NCBI GenBank assembly: GCA_963924565.1
Contig: OZ004608.1
Span: forward strand, 35,898,001 to 35,962,000
DNA: 64,000 bases
Direction of reading: 5' to 3'
From: Ascidiella aspersa
Taxonomy: Eukaryota
The notes beneath the pieces are model-generated. The model was given only the letters and a program-made list of their open reading frames with translations, ran no database searches and was not told where the DNA came from. Positions 62,090-64,000 of the stretch are shown here, one piece after another (position 1 is the stretch's first letter; each line of letters opens with the position of its first letter). The position numbers were made by a program, and so were the translations under genes.

Positions 62090-64000
62090 AAGACTATAGC
62101 AAAAAACTTGTTGGGACGCCCCCCTGTGACGTCAAATGGAAATTGATGCCGAGCTGCTTTTCCTATTATTTGTTTATTAAGGTCACGATAGCATCCGAAC
62201 TAATCAAAATTGGTAAAATATTTCTTTTCATTTCATCGGAAGACTTTCATATAACGGGTTGGGTAAAATCAACAGAAGACCCTTAATTGAATTAAAACGG
62301 ACGAATTAGCCTAAAAATACCTATGTTCATTTTAGGTGAAGGATTATAATTGTTTGTTTTTTATTTGAGGGACATTTTAAAGTTCCAAAAGATAATTGTG
62401 TATTTGAAAATGCATTTTTTTGGGTATATTGAACAAATTTAAATAAATATCGAGGAAGTAGATATAATAGACGAAAACTTTTTTTTTAAAGTGTAGGCCT
62501 ACGGATATAGAACACATCTTAAGAAAATAAACTCTTTCAACGGAATTTTAGTTAACATAGCGGGATCGTCACTTGCGTACTAGCGATCTGCGCAGACCAG
62601 TGCTTTGACCAGCAGACCGGAACGCTCGCCATTATTAAACATTATTATTTTTAAACCCAAAATAAACCTTTGAAAGGGAATAACCTGCGATTTGCGATAC
62701 TAGTACATGCCTATAAAAAAGTTTGTTGTAACCATGGCACCATTTTACTGCAATAAAAGATAAGCCTAAACCTTATGTGGCAAAACATTACTGATCGTAT
62801 TTGTTTTGAATTCGTTTTCATTGGTTTTCTTTTGCGTTCTGGTTAAAACTCACTTCACCATTGCAAGCCAATTCTTGTTTGATCAGACAGTAGATATAAC
62901 ATCACATCATAGTAACAAGAGACAAATCACATTCTTGTTGCTTATTTGGAGGCAAACTGCTGTGTAGTATCTAATAAAGGCAACAAAGAGCAAGGGCCAT
63001 TTAACTAATTGGTTGGGCATGCCGCAAGCACACACACACAATAGTAGATTTCGCGGTCTTCAGTAAGAATCGTTGAACAAAAATGTTTAACAGCTGTTTG
63101 AAAGAAACTCTTGATTAGAAAAATGTTGTTAATGTACGAAGTTTCGAAGAACAAGCTGGTTTCTAAAATCACCAAAGTGGGAAGTTAATACGTTAATAGG
63201 CGGTTAAACATCAGGGGCTCTTAGACTGGGGTACATGGACCCCTTGGGTGTACGTGAAGTGGTTTTATGAGGTCCATCAAGGCCCAATTGAAATATTAGT
63301 GTAAATTTGAGTAATTATTTTTTAACAAAAGTGTTAAATTATACATGAAACGATTTTGCACTGAATGCATATTTAAACTCCATTGCGCTTACACATTTTT
63401 TTGAACCGGAAACAGCAGATTTTTGAAATCTATTTGTATTATGGCATCAATTTATGACGTCATCTCTAAAATTCCTTGCCTACGCTGGTCCACGCGAAGC
63501 AAAAATATTTTTTAGGGGTCTGCGGTAAAAAAAAACTGAAATCACTCATTATATCCGAGTGATCAATCAGCTAAAGCTCACTGTAATATCTAGGTTTATC
63601 ACTACACGGTACACGGAGTTTACAACAATATCAGAACGTTTCAATAGCATAATGTAACTAAAACTCTTCGACTAGGCCCAAATTGAGCTTACTGCCTAAG
63701 TTTCGTATGTTGGGTGTATTAAAACCTTTGCGATTTTTGTTGCTCAGGGTGGATCATTAGGTAAGATACACTAACACTTCAGTATATGTTTTTTTAAACA
63801 AGAGAATTATGTGATACTGATCATTTGTAAGCTCTTAATCATGTGTTTAACGGTTGGATTTGCAAACAAATATAAAAAATATGCAAACCTATGTAAAAAA
63901 GAACGTAGCATGGACGCCTTGGTTTTAAATCAGTGTGTAGCATAGATTGTCACGGGTGCTCAAAATTTGTGCTAAATCAAAAATGCCCACTGAATTATAT

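Larger units (their letters stand above)
40150..64000. repeat. Non-coding mosaic of local segmental duplications
   Basis: Approximate blocks: 40153-42700 ~ 58838-60770; 40450-41255 ~ 57198-57995. A ~250 bp core module at ~44450, 47330, 49575, 51220 and 62735 (and 20530). Downstream branch Y at ~47556, 51456, 60781, 62986; branch X at ~20780, 44700, 49825. Confidence 0.85.

Noticed and set aside
37900-64000. ORF-track entries in the right third of the window as genes or transposases
   Set aside because: Short, low-complexity F/L/I/K-rich translations, not frame-conserved between repeat copies, with no recognisable domains or consistent exon chains.

Overview
AT-rich, intron-containing animal genomic DNA. 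The species cannot be determined from the sequence; it looks like an invertebrate, possibly a tunicate. Positions ~1-46,100 hold two tandem ~23-25 kb copies of one minus-strand gene. I reconstructed the gene by hand from splice sites, reading frames and intron phases. Copy A (94-16379) runs off the left edge and lacks its last two exons. Copy B (21558-37307) has 28 coding exons and ~1581 aa if two remodelled splice sites are used. The protein is a contactin/L1-type Ig-superfamily molecule with an unusual architecture: signal peptide, the Ig1-4 'horseshoe' block duplicated in tandem, two more Ig domains (10 in total), only 2 FN3 domains, a transmembrane helix, and a ~390 aa repeat-built cytoplasmic tail. 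The tail has PPxY and ITIM-like motifs; there is no FIGQY motif and no GPI signal. The two copies differ most in membrane-distal Ig2-Ig3. Copy B has two deletions that each remove a splice site, and each has a nearby replacement site that keeps the reading frame. Introns carry several hAT-type MITEs with 8-bp TSDs. Positions ~40,100-64,000 are a non-coding mosaic of repeatedly duplicated upstream modules with no convincing gene. Caveat: the two copies could be divergent alleles assembled in tandem.
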